Shown one piece after another: positions 7,788 through 17,650 of a stretch of DNA of 64,000 nucleotides; position 1 is the first letter of the stretch, and each line of letters opens with the position of its first letter. The notes beneath the pieces were generated by a model. It was not told the DNA's origin and did no database searches. It saw only the letters and a list, made by a program, of their open reading frames with translations. A program made the translations under genes and the position numbers. The stretch spans positions 1,070-65,069 of the forward strand of contig JAGVZI010000007.1 in assembly GCA_018302705.1 (NCBI GenBank), given 5' to 3'. Source of the DNA: Candidatus Woesearchaeota archaeon. Lineage in GTDB: Archaea; Nanobdellota; Nanobdellia; SCGC-AAA011-G17; ARS1403.

Positions 7788-10025
7788 ATGGAGATAAATA
7801 TTAGAGGTCAAGAGGAATTCTCAGGAAGGCAGGAAAGTCGAAGATCAAATGAAGACATCGACAGGGAATTAGAAGAATTATTGTCAAAACATAGAGCCAA
7901 AATAAAGGTGGTTGGAGTAGGAGGGGGCGGCAATAACACAATAAACAGGGTTACAGAAATAGGTGTTTCAGGAGCGGAAACAATCGCGGTTAATACAGAT
8001 GCTCAAGATCTTCTTTACACGAATGCAGATGTAAAAATCCTAATCGGAAGAGAAACAACTGGCGGGTTAGGAGCAGGCTCTATCCCAAAAATAGGAGAAG
8101 AGTCTGCTCGGGAGAATGAGCAAGATATAAGGAAAAGGTTGCAGGGAGCAGACATGGTTTTTATTACTTGCGGCTTGGGTGGCGGCTGTTTAACAGGAGA
8201 TTCCTTAGTATACTCAAATCCAAAAGGGCCTGTAAGAATAGATTCTATAAAACCAGATAACCGTGTTTATTCTTTTGAAAACGGGAGATTAGTAAGAAGG
8301 AAAGTCTTAGCTGCAATGAAAACAGGTGTAAAAAAAGTTTTTGAAGTCAAGACAAAGAATCACTGTCTGCAAGCATCCTATGATCATCCGTTCTTAAAAG
8401 TTGTTCCAGAAAAACTAGAGAAGCAAGGAAGATTCTATGATTATACTCTTGAATGGTCGCCAGCAGAAGCTTTAAAGAAAGGTGATCTAGTTGTAACTTT
8501 AAGAAATATTGATGAAACCAAAGAAGGGCTTAAAATAGATGATATTAACATTGATGAAAAATTCTGCAGACTATATGGTTTTCTTCTTGGGGATGGATGG
8601 ATAACAAGAAGTAAAGACAGCTGGAAAATCTGTTTCTCTCCCTCAAAAAATAAGGAACAAAATGAAAAATATATAGAATTAATTAAAGAAGTATTCAATC
8701 TCGAAATGAAATTTGGTGGCAATTGGTATTATGCAAACTCAAAAAAAGCATATGAAATCTTAGAGGAACTTGGATTAAAAAAACCAGCAAAAGAAAAAGA
8801 GATTCCTGAATTTATTTTCAAATTTCCAAATTCATGCAAAAAAGAATTTATTTTAGGTTTAGCAGATGCAGATGGTCAATATTACAGACAGATAAAAGAT
8901 GATGGAAGAGAAAAAAATGAAATAAGGTTTGAAATGAGCAGTGAAAAACTTATCAGGCAGTTAAAAGTTCTCTGCAATTATCTTGGTTTAAGAGCAAGCA
9001 ATGTAAGTTCAAGAACAAGGGAAATAAAACCTCCAAATTCAAAGCAAAAAATAAAATCCACTTCCTGGAATTTAAGAATTTATAAGATTTATCAGCTAGA
9101 TGAAAGTCTCGAAAATACAAGAAATAGAAAAGGCATTGGATTGCTATATAAATATCATAGGAGAATGAAACTAAATAAGCCCAAAATATTCAACAATTTT
9201 GGTTTCGGAAGAATACAATCAGTAACCGAAGTTGGAGAAAAAGAGGTTTATGACATAACAGTTGAAGGAAGCCATAACTTCGTTGCTGAAGGCTTTGTTG
9301 TTCACAACACTGGAACTGGAGCAGCACCTGTAGTAGCAGAGGTTGCAAAAAAGCTTGGAGCCTTAACAGTCGGCATAGTAACCATCCCGTTCACAATGGA
9401 AGGCCAAAGAAGATATGAAAATGCAATTATGGGATTAGATAAGCTGGAAAGGACCGTAGATACTTTAATTGTAATCCCTAATGACAAGCTTCTTGAACTA
9501 GCCCCTGATTTGCCATTACAAACCTCGTTCAAAGTGGCTGATGAAATCCTGACAAACGCTGTTAAAGGTATAGCAGAATTAGTTACAAAAGCCGGCCTCG
9601 TTAATCTCGACTTCGCAGATATCAAGGCAGTTATGAGCGACGGCGGAGTTGCTTTAATTGGAGTTGGCGAAAGCGACACAGAAAACAGGGCAGCAGAGGC
9701 AGTTGAAAAGGCAATCTCAAACCCACTATTGGATGTAGATATTAGCGGCGCAACAGGCGCATTAATCAACGTATCAGGCGGCCAAGATTTGACATTAAGC
9801 GAGGCAAGAAAAGTCGTAGAGACCGTTTCAGAAAGGCTTGATGACGATGCAAGAATTATCTGGGGCGCCCAGATCTCAGATGACTTGGAAAACACGCTCC
9901 GCACAATGCTGATAGTCACAGGCGTCACCTCTCCACAAATCTTCGGCAAGAGAACAGCACCTCCTCCAAGAAAAAAAGCAAAATCTGAAATCGAAGAGGA
10001 ATTAGGAATAGACTTCGTTGATTAA
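7788..10025 (+). CDS. ftsZ: Cell division protein FtsZ precursor containing an intein (371-aa extein)
   Basis: [27 protein letters not shown] split by an insert, PFTMEG, NLDFAD; first gene of the ftsZ-secE-spt5-rpl11 cluster. Confidence 0.96.
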   Translation: MEINIRGQEEFSGRQESRRSNEDIDRELEELLSKHRAKIKVVGVGGGGNNTINRVTEIGVSGAETIAVNTDAQDLLYTNADVKILIGRETTGGLGAGSIPKIGEESARENEQDIRKRLQGADMVFITCGLGGGCLTGDSLVYSNPKGPVRIDSIKPDNRVYSFENGRLVRRKVLAAMKTGVKKVFEVKTKNHCLQASYDHPFLKVVPEKLEKQGRFYDYTLEWSPAEALKKGDLVVTLRNIDETKEGLKIDDINIDEKFCRLYGFLLGDGWITRSKDSWKICFSPSKNKEQNEKYIELIKEVFNLEMKFGGNWYYANSKKAYEILEELGLKKPAKEKEIPEFIFKFPNSCKKEFILGLADADGQYYRQIKDDGREKNEIRFEMSSEKLIRQLKVLCNYLGLRASNVSSRTREIKPPNSKQKIKSTSWNLRIYKIYQLDESLENTRNRKGIGLLYKYHRRMKLNKPKIFNNFGFGRIQSVTEVGEKEVYDITVEGSHNFVAEGFVVHNTGTGAAPVVAEVAKKLGALTVGIVTIPFTMEGQRRYENAIMGLDKLERTVDTLIVIPNDKLLELAPDLPLQTSFKVADEILTNAVKGIAELVTKAGLVNLDFADIKAVMSDGGVALIGVGESDTENRAAEAVEKAISNPLLDVDISGATGALINVSGGQDLTLSEARKVVETVSERLDDDARIIWGAQISDDLENTLRTMLIVTGVTSPQIFGKRTAPPPRKKAKSEIEEELGIDFVD
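8187..9308 (+). mobile_element. Intein (374 aa) with LAGLIDADG homing endonuclease
   Basis: Block A CLTGDSLV, block [16 protein letters not shown] and [10 protein letters not shown], block [13 protein letters not shown], block G VVHN followed by Thr+1. Confidence 0.95.
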
Positions 10026-10101
10026 ATTTTAAAATTAACTTCGTTACATTTATAAATCCAATTTCTACAAGTTTTAATTAAACTTTTTATAAAAGGTTAA
10101 A

Positions 10102-10299
10102 ATGGAAGAGCTCGAGCAGAATCAGACATTACTATCTCGCCTAAAGTCGTTCATCTTGGAATCCAGGCGGGTGTTTAGGATAACAAAAAGACCAAGTAAG
10201 GATGAGTTCAAGGCAATAGTTAAGATATCCTCAATTGGAATTGCATTGATAGGCATCATCGGCTTCATAATCCAAATCATCTGGAGATTAGCATCATAA
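10102..10299 (+). CDS. secE: Protein translocase subunit SecE/Sec61-gamma
   Basis: RRVFRITKRPSKDEF plus one TM helix IGIIGFII; conserved position. Confidence 0.92.
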   Translation: MEELEQNQTLLSRLKSFILESRRVFRITKRPSKDEFKAIVKISSIGIALIGIIGFIIQIIWRLAS

Positions 10300-10300
10300 C

Positions 10301-10765
10301 ATGACTCAAATTTTTGCATTAAGGACAACTGCAAACAGGGAAGACCAAGTAGTGGATTTCATAGCCAACAATATAAAAAAGCACGGCTTGAAAGTTTACG
10401 CTATTATCCGTCCTCATGGCATGCGCAGCTATATCTTTCTAGAGGCAGAAACAAAACAGGATGCTCAGGAAGCCTTTCAAGGAGTCCCCTATGCTAAATC
10501 ATTATTAGATGCCCCGGTAGATTACAGGGAAATCGAGCCTATGCTAGAGCAGGCAAAAGCCCAGCTTAATATCCAAAAAGGAGACATTGTCGAAATTATT
10601 TCAGGTCCGTTTAAGAGGGAGAATGCAAAAGTCACAAGGATAGACGAGCAGAAAAACGAAGTCATTGTCGAATTATTAGAAGCAGCAGTTCCAATTCCAA
10701 TCACAGTAAAATTAGACGCAGTTAAAGTTATAAGGCGGGATACAGAAGAGAAAAGGGAAAGATGA
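10301..10765 (+). CDS. spt5: Transcription elongation factor Spt5 (NusG family)
   Basis: NGN domain plus KOW GDIVEIISGPFK. Confidence 0.95.
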   Translation: MTQIFALRTTANREDQVVDFIANNIKKHGLKVYAIIRPHGMRSYIFLEAETKQDAQEAFQGVPYAKSLLDAPVDYREIEPMLEQAKAQLNIQKGDIVEIISGPFKRENAKVTRIDEQKNEVIVELLEAAVPIPITVKLDAVKVIRRDTEEKRER

Positions 10766-11511
10766 GTAGAGAAATAATAGAATTAATGGTGGAAGGCGGC
10801 CAGGCAAAGGCAGGAGCGACAATCGCACAGCCCTTGTCGCCACTAGGGATGAACATCCAAGAAATAATCAAGAAGATAAACGAGAAAACTTCTTCTTTCA
10901 ACGGAATGAAGGTCCCTGTGAAAGTAATAGTTGAAACAGAGGACAAGTCATTTGATTTAAAAGTAGGAACACCTCCAATTTCAGAACTAATCAAGAAAGA
11001 AATAGGTGTCGAAAAAGGCTCAGGCACGCCAGACAAAAATAAAATTGGAAATTTGGCAATCGAGCAGGTAATAAAATTGGCAATGATGAAGCAGGATTCC
11101 TTATTATTCAACAACTTCAAGTCAGCTGTAAAAACAGTAGCAGGCTCATGCAACTCATTAGGAGTTTTAGTTGAAAGCAAATCAGCAGTTGAAATAAACA
11201 AGGATATAGACTCGGGAGAATACGATTCCCTAATCAGCAATCAGGTTATACAACCCTCTCCGCAAAAACTAAAAATCCTCGCCGAGCAACTAAAAGAAAT
11301 CCAGGAGAGGATCAAGAGAGAAATAGAGAAGGCAGAAGCAGAGAAGAAGGCAGAAGAAGAGAAAGCAAAGAAGCTGGTAACCGAAGCAGAGAAAGTAGTA
11401 GAGGAAACAGCGGCTGAGAAGAAGGAAGGAGCAGTAGAGGCAAAGACAGAAAAAGCAGAAGTAAAAGAAGAGAAGCCTGCAAAAGAAGTAAAAGCAGAAA
11501 AGAAAAAATAG
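10762..11511 (+). CDS. rpl11: 50S ribosomal protein L11 with long Lys/Glu/Ala-rich C-terminal tail
   Basis: VEGGQA, LSPLGMN, KVPVKV, VGTPPIS motifs; about 90 extra C-terminal residues. Confidence 0.92.
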   Translation: MSREIIELMVEGGQAKAGATIAQPLSPLGMNIQEIIKKINEKTSSFNGMKVPVKVIVETEDKSFDLKVGTPPISELIKKEIGVEKGSGTPDKNKIGNLAIEQVIKLAMMKQDSLLFNNFKSAVKTVAGSCNSLGVLVESKSAVEINKDIDSGEYDSLISNQVIQPSPQKLKILAEQLKEIQERIKREIEKAEAEKKAEEEKAKKLVTEAEKVVEETAAEKKEGAVEAKTEKAEVKEEKPAKEVKAEKKK

Positions 11512-11526
11512 TCTAAAAAGGTTCGC

Positions 11527-13421
11527 TTATTTTAAAACAGTCCCCTTTACAGAGTCTTTATTCCTATTTCTTGTGCCAATACTAACCTGATAAATATAAA
11601 CCCCGCTAGCTACTTGTTCTTCCTCTAAGTCTTTTCCATCCCATTGCAAAATATTTCTCCCGTCTTCAACAGGTTCATCAGAAACAACGTAATCAACCAA
11701 CTGTCCTTCTGAATCAAACACCTCCATAAGAGCATAGCAGGGATTCCTTTCTTTGATATATTCAACGTCAAAAGCTACACTTACCATCGAAAACTCATTT
11801 AAATCTACAGGATTTGGATATGGCGAAGCAGGATTCCTTCTGGGGATATTTACTTTAGCATCGCACCATTGATTAAGGTATTTTACCATTTTTTGTTTGT
11901 CATAACACTTAGGTACAGACGAGAAGGGTAGTACGGGGTCACACATCCTACATTGATGTTCTTCGCAAGAAGGATCTGGGATATAATAATCAGGCAAAAA
12001 TCCAGCCAAATGACCAAGTTCATGCGCCATTATATATGAATGAAAATTTGTCGAGATGGCTATACCGGATTTTCTCTCTTTTTTTAAAACATTCCCGTTA
12101 AGGTATTCCATTAATCCAGTTGTTAACTGAGAAAACAAACCAAAATAGGGAGACCCAAACTGGGTAGAACCGACAGCATCATTTCTATTGTCGAGTAAAA
12201 CCAATGCTAAATGCGCATTTGGACAATTATCCATTACTTCATGAACTTTTTCTTCATTACAGCATATTATTCTTTCAAAAATATCCCCTTTCCCAAGAGT
12301 CTTCCTCAAGAATTCACTAAAGGGGTTAATGCAATCTCCAAAGTATTTACACTCTAAATCCTTAGGGCTATCTACCCTATAAATATTAACCTTATCTTCG
12401 TAGGGTTGGATAGTCGGGTCTTTTAATAAGAATTTATAATTTTCATCAACATCAATTGCAAATAGACCTAGTTGATTTTTTTTATACTTGTCCTGCATAT
12501 AAACAATGTTTAAACTGTCTTTAGGATTGCCGCCAATGTAAACAGATTTACATTCATTGGAACTTCTCACAGGTTCAACAATAAAGAAAGAATTATCATT
12601 AATTGACCAATAATTAGGTCGATATGCCTGATCGTCCACAAGAAATTCGTATTTCCCTAAATTGAAATTAGATACATCCAGATTAAAAGAATAAACCCTC
12701 CCTATTATCATGCCATAATCATTTACGCTATAATCCCTAAACAGGGTTGTATCATTTTTATAGGTAGCATATATATTTCGTACCCTTTGCTGTATAGAGT
12801 CATCAGTAATAATGCTTATAACAATATTCTCCTCTGTAACTTCAGGACCAAATAATAATTCGATCCTATACAAATTATTTTTAATTTTCGTCATGTGCAT
12901 ATCGACAAATTTTCCGGTATAATCCACATCAGAAAAAGGAGGATGATAGTTTTCAATGAGTATTTTTTCTTCAACACAGTTACATAACTGGCAGTCTTTA
13001 TATAATCTTATTGTAGGGTTGAGCTCACCCAGATATTTATTCTCAATTAAAGTCTCAATTCCATTACAATATAAATACTAATACGGCCAATGTAACTAAA
13101 TTCTTCATTCTCAGAGATAAACTGGCCTACAATCATTCTACCTGTATTTACTAAGTTCATCTCTCTACTACCGATGACTAATCTGGGGTTATGGCAGGAC
13201 TGGATTGGTTCCGCAAAAAATAGGTACTCTGTATTCGGGTCTAAAACGACCATGTTGCCTCTTAAGCCAATATTGTTATGATCTCCAACGCATAAAGAGC
13301 CCCCATCATTACATTCACCAAATATAGTTCCGTCTTCACATTGAAATATATTTTGAGAATTAACAGAAATTATAAAAAATAAAAAAATAACTACCAAAAT
13401 CACCAATTTTTTCATATACAT
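11527..13421 (-). pseudogene. Secreted M64 (IgA peptidase-like) metallopeptidase with C-terminal FlgD-like Ig domain, frameshifted near 13070
   Basis: Signal peptide in 13047..13421; frame of 11527..12927 stays open up to 13077; LNIVYMQDKY...PYEDKVNIYRVD, HELGH, LQWDGKD...ASGVYIYQV. Confidence 0.7.
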
Positions 13422-13573
13422 ACTCTATTTCAACAATGCTTAAGAGTATATAAAAATTGTTTAAATTTTAATGAAGTACCTATTATTACTAACATTATTG
13501 CTTATTTCGGGACACTATATAGCGCAGGCAAACAAATAATTTTATAAACAAAATTAACCAGTTTGAAGTTTAT

Positions 13574-13665
13574 GGGGCTGTGGTCAAGCTTGGTTACGAT
13601 TCAAGGTTTGGGACTCTTCAAGAGCAATTAACCTTGCGACCCAGGTTCAAATCCTGGCAGCCCCA
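13574..13665 (+). tRNA. tRNA-Pro(TGG) with 18-nt intron at 37/38 (13613..13630)
   Basis: Acceptor GGGGCTG/CAGCCCC, anticodon stem CAAGG/CCTTG, T arm CCAGG-TTCAAAT-CCTGG. Confidence 0.9.
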
Positions 13666-13721
13666 TCTCAAAAACCAAAGTTTTTTAAATAAAATCTCGG
13701 AGAGTTAAAGGGAGTTAAATA

Positions 13722-13919
13722 ATGGTAGGATCTACAAAAAGGCTGGGGACGAGATACGGTAGGACAATAAGGGTAAAATTAGAGAAAATAGAAAAAAAAC
13801 AAAAATCTTTTTATACCTGCCCGAGCTGTAGTAAAAAAGCAGTAAAGAGAATTGCAGTCGGCATATGGCAGTGCAGAAAATGCAATACTAAGATCGCAGG
13901 AAAAGCATACGAAGTATAA
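13722..13919 (+). CDS. rpl37ae: 50S ribosomal protein L37Ae
   Basis: RLGTRYGRTIR, CPSC...GIWQCRKC zinc ribbon. Confidence 0.95.
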   Translation: MVGSTKRLGTRYGRTIRVKLEKIEKKQKSFYTCPSCSKKAVKRIAVGIWQCRKCNTKIAGKAYEV

Positions 13920-13928
13920 AGAATAAAA

Positions 13929-14066
13929 ATGGTAGCCTATAAATGTTTCCACTGTAGCAAAACTGTAAAGCAGGATTACATTAAAAAGCGTGTTCGCTGC
14001 CCTTATTGCGGCTCAAAAATATTATACAAGCCAAGGATTGTTTCTTCGACTGTGAAGGCAATATGA
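13929..14066 (+). CDS. rpoP: DNA-directed RNA polymerase subunit P (Rpo12)
   Basis: Not in ORF track; MVAYKCFHC...VRCPYCGSKILYKPR; conserved position after rpl37ae. Confidence 0.92.
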   Translation: MVAYKCFHCSKTVKQDYIKKRVRCPYCGSKILYKPRIVSSTVKAI

Positions 14067-14398
14067 AGCAAATACAAAAAGAAACAGAAAGAAAAATAGC
14101 CCAGTTGCAGTTAATAGAGCAGAACATGCAAAACACCCTAATGCAAAAGCAGCATTTTCAGTCAGAGCTCCTCGAGGTGGAGAATGCATTAAAGGAAATT
14201 GACGGCGCAGAAGAGGTATATAAAATAGTAGGCAACATAATGCTCTCGAAAAAAAAGGAAGATTTAAAAAAAGAGCTGGGCTCTAAAAAAGAGATAATTA
14301 ATATACGCATTAAGAACCTGCAAAAAGAAGAATTAAAAACAAAGGAAAAAGCGAATGCATTGCAAAAGGAAGTTATTGGCGAAATAGAAGATGACTGA
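14063..14398 (+). CDS. pfdB: Prefoldin beta subunit
   Basis: Coiled coil - VYKIVGNIML hairpin - coiled coil; ATG 14063 overlaps the rpoP stop. Confidence 0.9.
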   Translation: MKQIQKETERKIAQLQLIEQNMQNTLMQKQHFQSELLEVENALKEIDGAEEVYKIVGNIMLSKKKEDLKKELGSKKEIINIRIKNLQKEELKTKEKANALQKEVIGEIEDD

Positions 14399-14639
14399 TG
14401 TTAAAAAAGAGGTTCTGGAAATTTTAAACTCAATTAATGGCGATAGCAGAGTCCCGCGAAACGTTAAGCAGAAAATAGAGGAAGTTGGCCTAATTCTAAA
14501 GAATAATTCAGACAATACTGCATTGCAGATAAATAAAGTGCTCCAGGAAATTGATGATCTGGCAGAAGAAAACAACCTGCCGGATTACACAAGAACGCAG
14601 TTATGGAACATAGTCAGCTTGTTGGAAACAATAGTTTAG
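14391..14639 (+). CDS. UPF0147 family protein
   Basis: DSRVPRNVK and RTQLWNIVSLLE motifs. Confidence 0.88.
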   Translation: MTDVKKEVLEILNSINGDSRVPRNVKQKIEEVGLILKNNSDNTALQINKVLQEIDDLAEENNLPDYTRTQLWNIVSLLETIV

Positions 14640-14691
14640 CTATAGAAATATTTATATATCTCTTAATACTCTTTTCGAGGTAGATGTAAAA

Positions 14692-15111
14692 ATGGGTGCA
14701 TTTGAAAAACTAAGGGAAAAATTCTTTGGGGAAAAAAGCGAAGAGTTATTTGATGAATCTGCCAGCGACTATGTAGAAATAAACACCCCTGAATTGGGCT
14801 CAAAAACAAAGGTAATAGTCAAGCCGTTTGTGATACATGAATTTCAGGACATTAAGCCTGCTATAGACTCGCTAAGAGAAGGCTATACTATAGGATTAGT
14901 AAACATTAGGCCTTTAAAGGAAAAAGACATCATAGAGCTAAAAAGAGCTATCAACAAGCTAAAGAAGACATGCGATGTGGTTGGAGGGGATATAGCTGGT
15001 TTTGGCGAAGACTGGATTGTAATAACCCCTAGCTTTGTAGAGGTCCACAGGCATCCTACTGCCCCAAGCCTACCTTCTAGACCGGGATCAGGATCCTCGG
15101 ATATTATATAA
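14692..15111 (+). CDS. sepF: Cell division protein SepF
   Basis: KRAINKLKKTCDVVGGDIAG and IVITPSFV motifs. Confidence 0.85.
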   Translation: MGAFEKLREKFFGEKSEELFDESASDYVEINTPELGSKTKVIVKPFVIHEFQDIKPAIDSLREGYTIGLVNIRPLKEKDIIELKRAINKLKKTCDVVGGDIAGFGEDWIVITPSFVEVHRHPTAPSLPSRPGSGSSDII

Positions 15112-15239
15112 TAGAATATATAACATAAGATAGAGAGATTATAGAGAGTATATTATATAGGATATATAAGACATAGTATAATAAAGTAAAAAAACAACCA
15201 GAACAAGATTTATAAATTCTTTTCTTGGAATTTATTCGT

Positions 15240-15758
15240 ATGACGGAGTTAAAAAATCAAGTCTGCCCTTTCTGCAAAGAAAAAACACTGACATTGATTG
15301 AAGAAACATATAACATATCTCATTTCGGAAGATGCTTTCTAATGTCGATGAATTGTACAAGCTGCAATTATAATAGCTCAGATGTCGAAGCAGAAGAAAG
15401 AAAGCCACCGACGAAGCAGACATTCGCATTGGAAAACAAAAAAGATCTAAATGTGCGCGTTGTCAAGTCGTCAGAAGCAACAGTCAGGATTCCACAGCTT
15501 AAAATGGAAGTCACCCCTGGAATTGCATCTTCTGGTTATATTTCAAACATTGAGGGAGTTTTATTAAGGTTCAAAAAAATAATTGAGAAGGAAAGGGATG
15601 ACACCGACGAGCCAGAAGTAAAAAAACAGGCAAAGAATCTATTGAAAAAATTATGGAAAGCAGAGCTTGGAGAGTTTCCATTAAAAATAATTATAGAAGA
15701 CCCATCAGGGAATTCAGCAATAATATCAGATAAGACAGAAGTTGTGAAATTAAGGTAG
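15240..15758 (+). CDS. ZPR1 zinc-finger domain protein
   Basis: CPFC...CTSC, VRVVKSS, SNIEGVL, IEDPSGNS motifs. Confidence 0.92.
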   Translation: MTELKNQVCPFCKEKTLTLIEETYNISHFGRCFLMSMNCTSCNYNSSDVEAEERKPPTKQTFALENKKDLNVRVVKSSEATVRIPQLKMEVTPGIASSGYISNIEGVLLRFKKIIEKERDDTDEPEVKKQAKNLLKKLWKAELGEFPLKIIIEDPSGNSAIISDKTEVVKLR

Positions 15759-15796
15759 GCAATAACTATTTAAATTTTAGTTCTCTCTACAAAAAT

Positions 15797-15979
15797 ATGA
15801 AACTCAAGATTAAAGAAGACAAGCCAGATTATGAATATCAAATTTACGTAGATAAAAAATTAGTCTGGCATGGCCTCAATCCAAAGGGAAAATATGAAGA
15901 GATAATTAAAAAAAACCCAGGCAAAAAAGTTTCAATAGGATGGAGATTAAAAGAGGGGATTCTAATTGCCTTCATTTAA
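15797..15979 (+). CDS. Small protein (DUF5678-like), partner of the adjacent aspartyl protease
   Basis: 60 aa, overlaps the start of the next gene. Confidence 0.5.
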   Translation: MKLKIKEDKPDYEYQIYVDKKLVWHGLNPKGKYEEIIKKNPGKKVSIGWRLKEGILIAFI

Positions 15980-16388
15980 ATATCAAGAAGGAAAAAGTTT
16001 TCTGTTTGGTACTATAAAAAGACCATTAGTAGAAATAGAAATAGAAATATACTCAGCAAAATCAGAGAAGTGGATTTCTATTAGTGATGTTTTGGCAGAT
16101 ACAGGGGCAAACATTTGTCTACTTCCAAGATTCATAGGAGACCTATTGGTGGAAAATACAACAGCAGGAATATATAAAGAAATCAGGGGCGTAGTCCCGA
16201 ATACATTCCTAAATGGTTTCATACACAATCTAAAAATAAAAATAGCAGACTATGAATTTATCGCACCGGTTTTTATAGCAGACTCAGATAACGTTACCCC
16301 TATATTAGGTAGAAATGAATCACTAGATCTGTTTGAAGCATGTTTTGATGGAGAAGTTACAAGCATACAAGATAAGAATAAAAATTAA
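15966..16388 (+). CDS. Retropepsin-like (clan AA) aspartyl protease
   Basis: RPLVEI, ADTGA catalytic motif, ILGR C-terminal motif. Confidence 0.85.
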   Translation: MPSFKYQEGKSFLFGTIKRPLVEIEIEIYSAKSEKWISISDVLADTGANICLLPRFIGDLLVENTTAGIYKEIRGVVPNTFLNGFIHNLKIKIADYEFIAPVFIADSDNVTPILGRNESLDLFEACFDGEVTSIQDKNKN

Positions 16389-16407
16389 AAAAATAGGAGA
16401 ATCATCT

Positions 16408-16539
16408 ATGACTGAAATCATTCAAACTTCACAATTATTATTAAGTTTAAGTCTATTAGTGACAGCTCTAAAAAGAGACTTTAGAAGGGCAACAATCATA
16501 ATGGTTCTTCTTATTGTAGTATTGTATTCAGTTAAATAA
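16408..16539 (+). CDS. Small putative membrane peptide (43 aa)
   Basis: SD AGGAG before ATG 16408; two hydrophobic stretches. Confidence 0.4.
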   Translation: MTEIIQTSQLLLSLSLLVTALKRDFRRATIIMVLLIVVLYSVK

Positions 16540-16554
16540 CTAATATATCACAAA

Positions 16555-17553
16555 TTAAGCAAACCCAATTAATCCTTTTTCAAGCAGTTCTTCCCAGCTT
16601 CTTTTACCAACGACAACGCTTGCTTCCCTTGAATTAATAATTGGTTTCCCGTATCTTTGATAGTCTTCAATAGCAATCCTGGGGCAAGCAGTGTCAATAA
16701 AAGCATCCACGTCATAAAAATTCATCAGCCCGGGATTAAACTCATTAACAACAATTATTATAACTTCCTTATCTAGCGTCTCAAGCTCATTTTTTAACTT
16801 CTCGGCAGTTTTCATATTATATTGTCCTATTTTATTGTCGACAACAATCCCTATTTTCCTAGCTCTCTTAACCTTGTCAATTGCAATCGCTCTCTGTTTT
16901 ATGGTTTTATCTCTTTCTCCATTCATCAGCTCCAAATTATTTGATTGCTCATCTAATAAGTACACATCTTTATCAACGCACATCAACGCAGCTCCAAGTG
17001 AATGGAATTTATTTCCAATCACCAAGAACCCGTCAATCTCATCCTCAACGCTTTTCAAGGAATTATACTCGCATCCGACAACGTGCCCATTATAAGCGGA
17101 AAATCCTTTCTTTTTTGGGATTACAACTTTCTTTCCTTTGCTTTCTAAATATTTTTTTAGGTCTTCAAATTGCTTAATATACTGTACACTTCCGACTAAT
17201 CCAATCCGGTTCATATTTAATTTATCAATGTTTTTGTCTAATAAACTCACAGCATCTAATTTAGAATATAATTCAACATACAAAACAGGAAAATCAGTTC
17301 TGACAAAGGGAGCATGCCCGAAGTGAATCAGCAAGTCTGCATTTATTTTCTTAGCCTCGTCAACAGCTAAGTCACAGCCACCCCAGCAGCTTGATCCGGA
17401 AACAACGACTTCACCATCGGTATTTTTCTGTATAAGACCCGCAATTCTAAAAGCTTCTTTTTTCATGCCCTCGGGTAATTGCAATAAAATCTTCTTTGCA
17501 TTCCCCTCCTTAATTTCTTCGACAATCCTCTCTTCTTCAAAATCATATTCCAT
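16555..17553 (-). CDS. dph2: Diphthamide biosynthesis enzyme Dph2
   Basis: LQLPEG, CWGGCDL, HFGH, VGC and TACPRI; three Fe-S cysteines present. Confidence 0.93.
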   Translation of the reverse strand: MEYDFEEERIVEEIKEGNAKKILLQLPEGMKKEAFRIAGLIQKNTDGEVVVSGSSCWGGCDLAVDEAKKINADLLIHFGHAPFVRTDFPVLYVELYSKLDAVSLLDKNIDKLNMNRIGLVGSVQYIKQFEDLKKYLESKGKKVVIPKKKGFSAYNGHVVGCEYNSLKSVEDEIDGFLVIGNKFHSLGAALMCVDKDVYLLDEQSNNLELMNGERDKTIKQRAIAIDKVKRARKIGIVVDNKIGQYNMKTAEKLKNELETLDKEVIIIVVNEFNPGLMNFYDVDAFIDTACPRIAIEDYQRYGKPIINSREASVVVGKRSWEELLEKGLIGFA

Positions 17554-17650
17554 AAAATACCGATTAAAAACAGCTTTAAAAATCTATCATATCATGACTC
17601 CAAATATAGAAAGTTTAAAATAAGATTGACGAGTTCAAAATTGTAAGAAG

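Noticed and set aside
16555-17553. dph2 as an unusual gene
   Set aside because: Diphthamide synthesis is widespread in archaea and this copy looks ordinary
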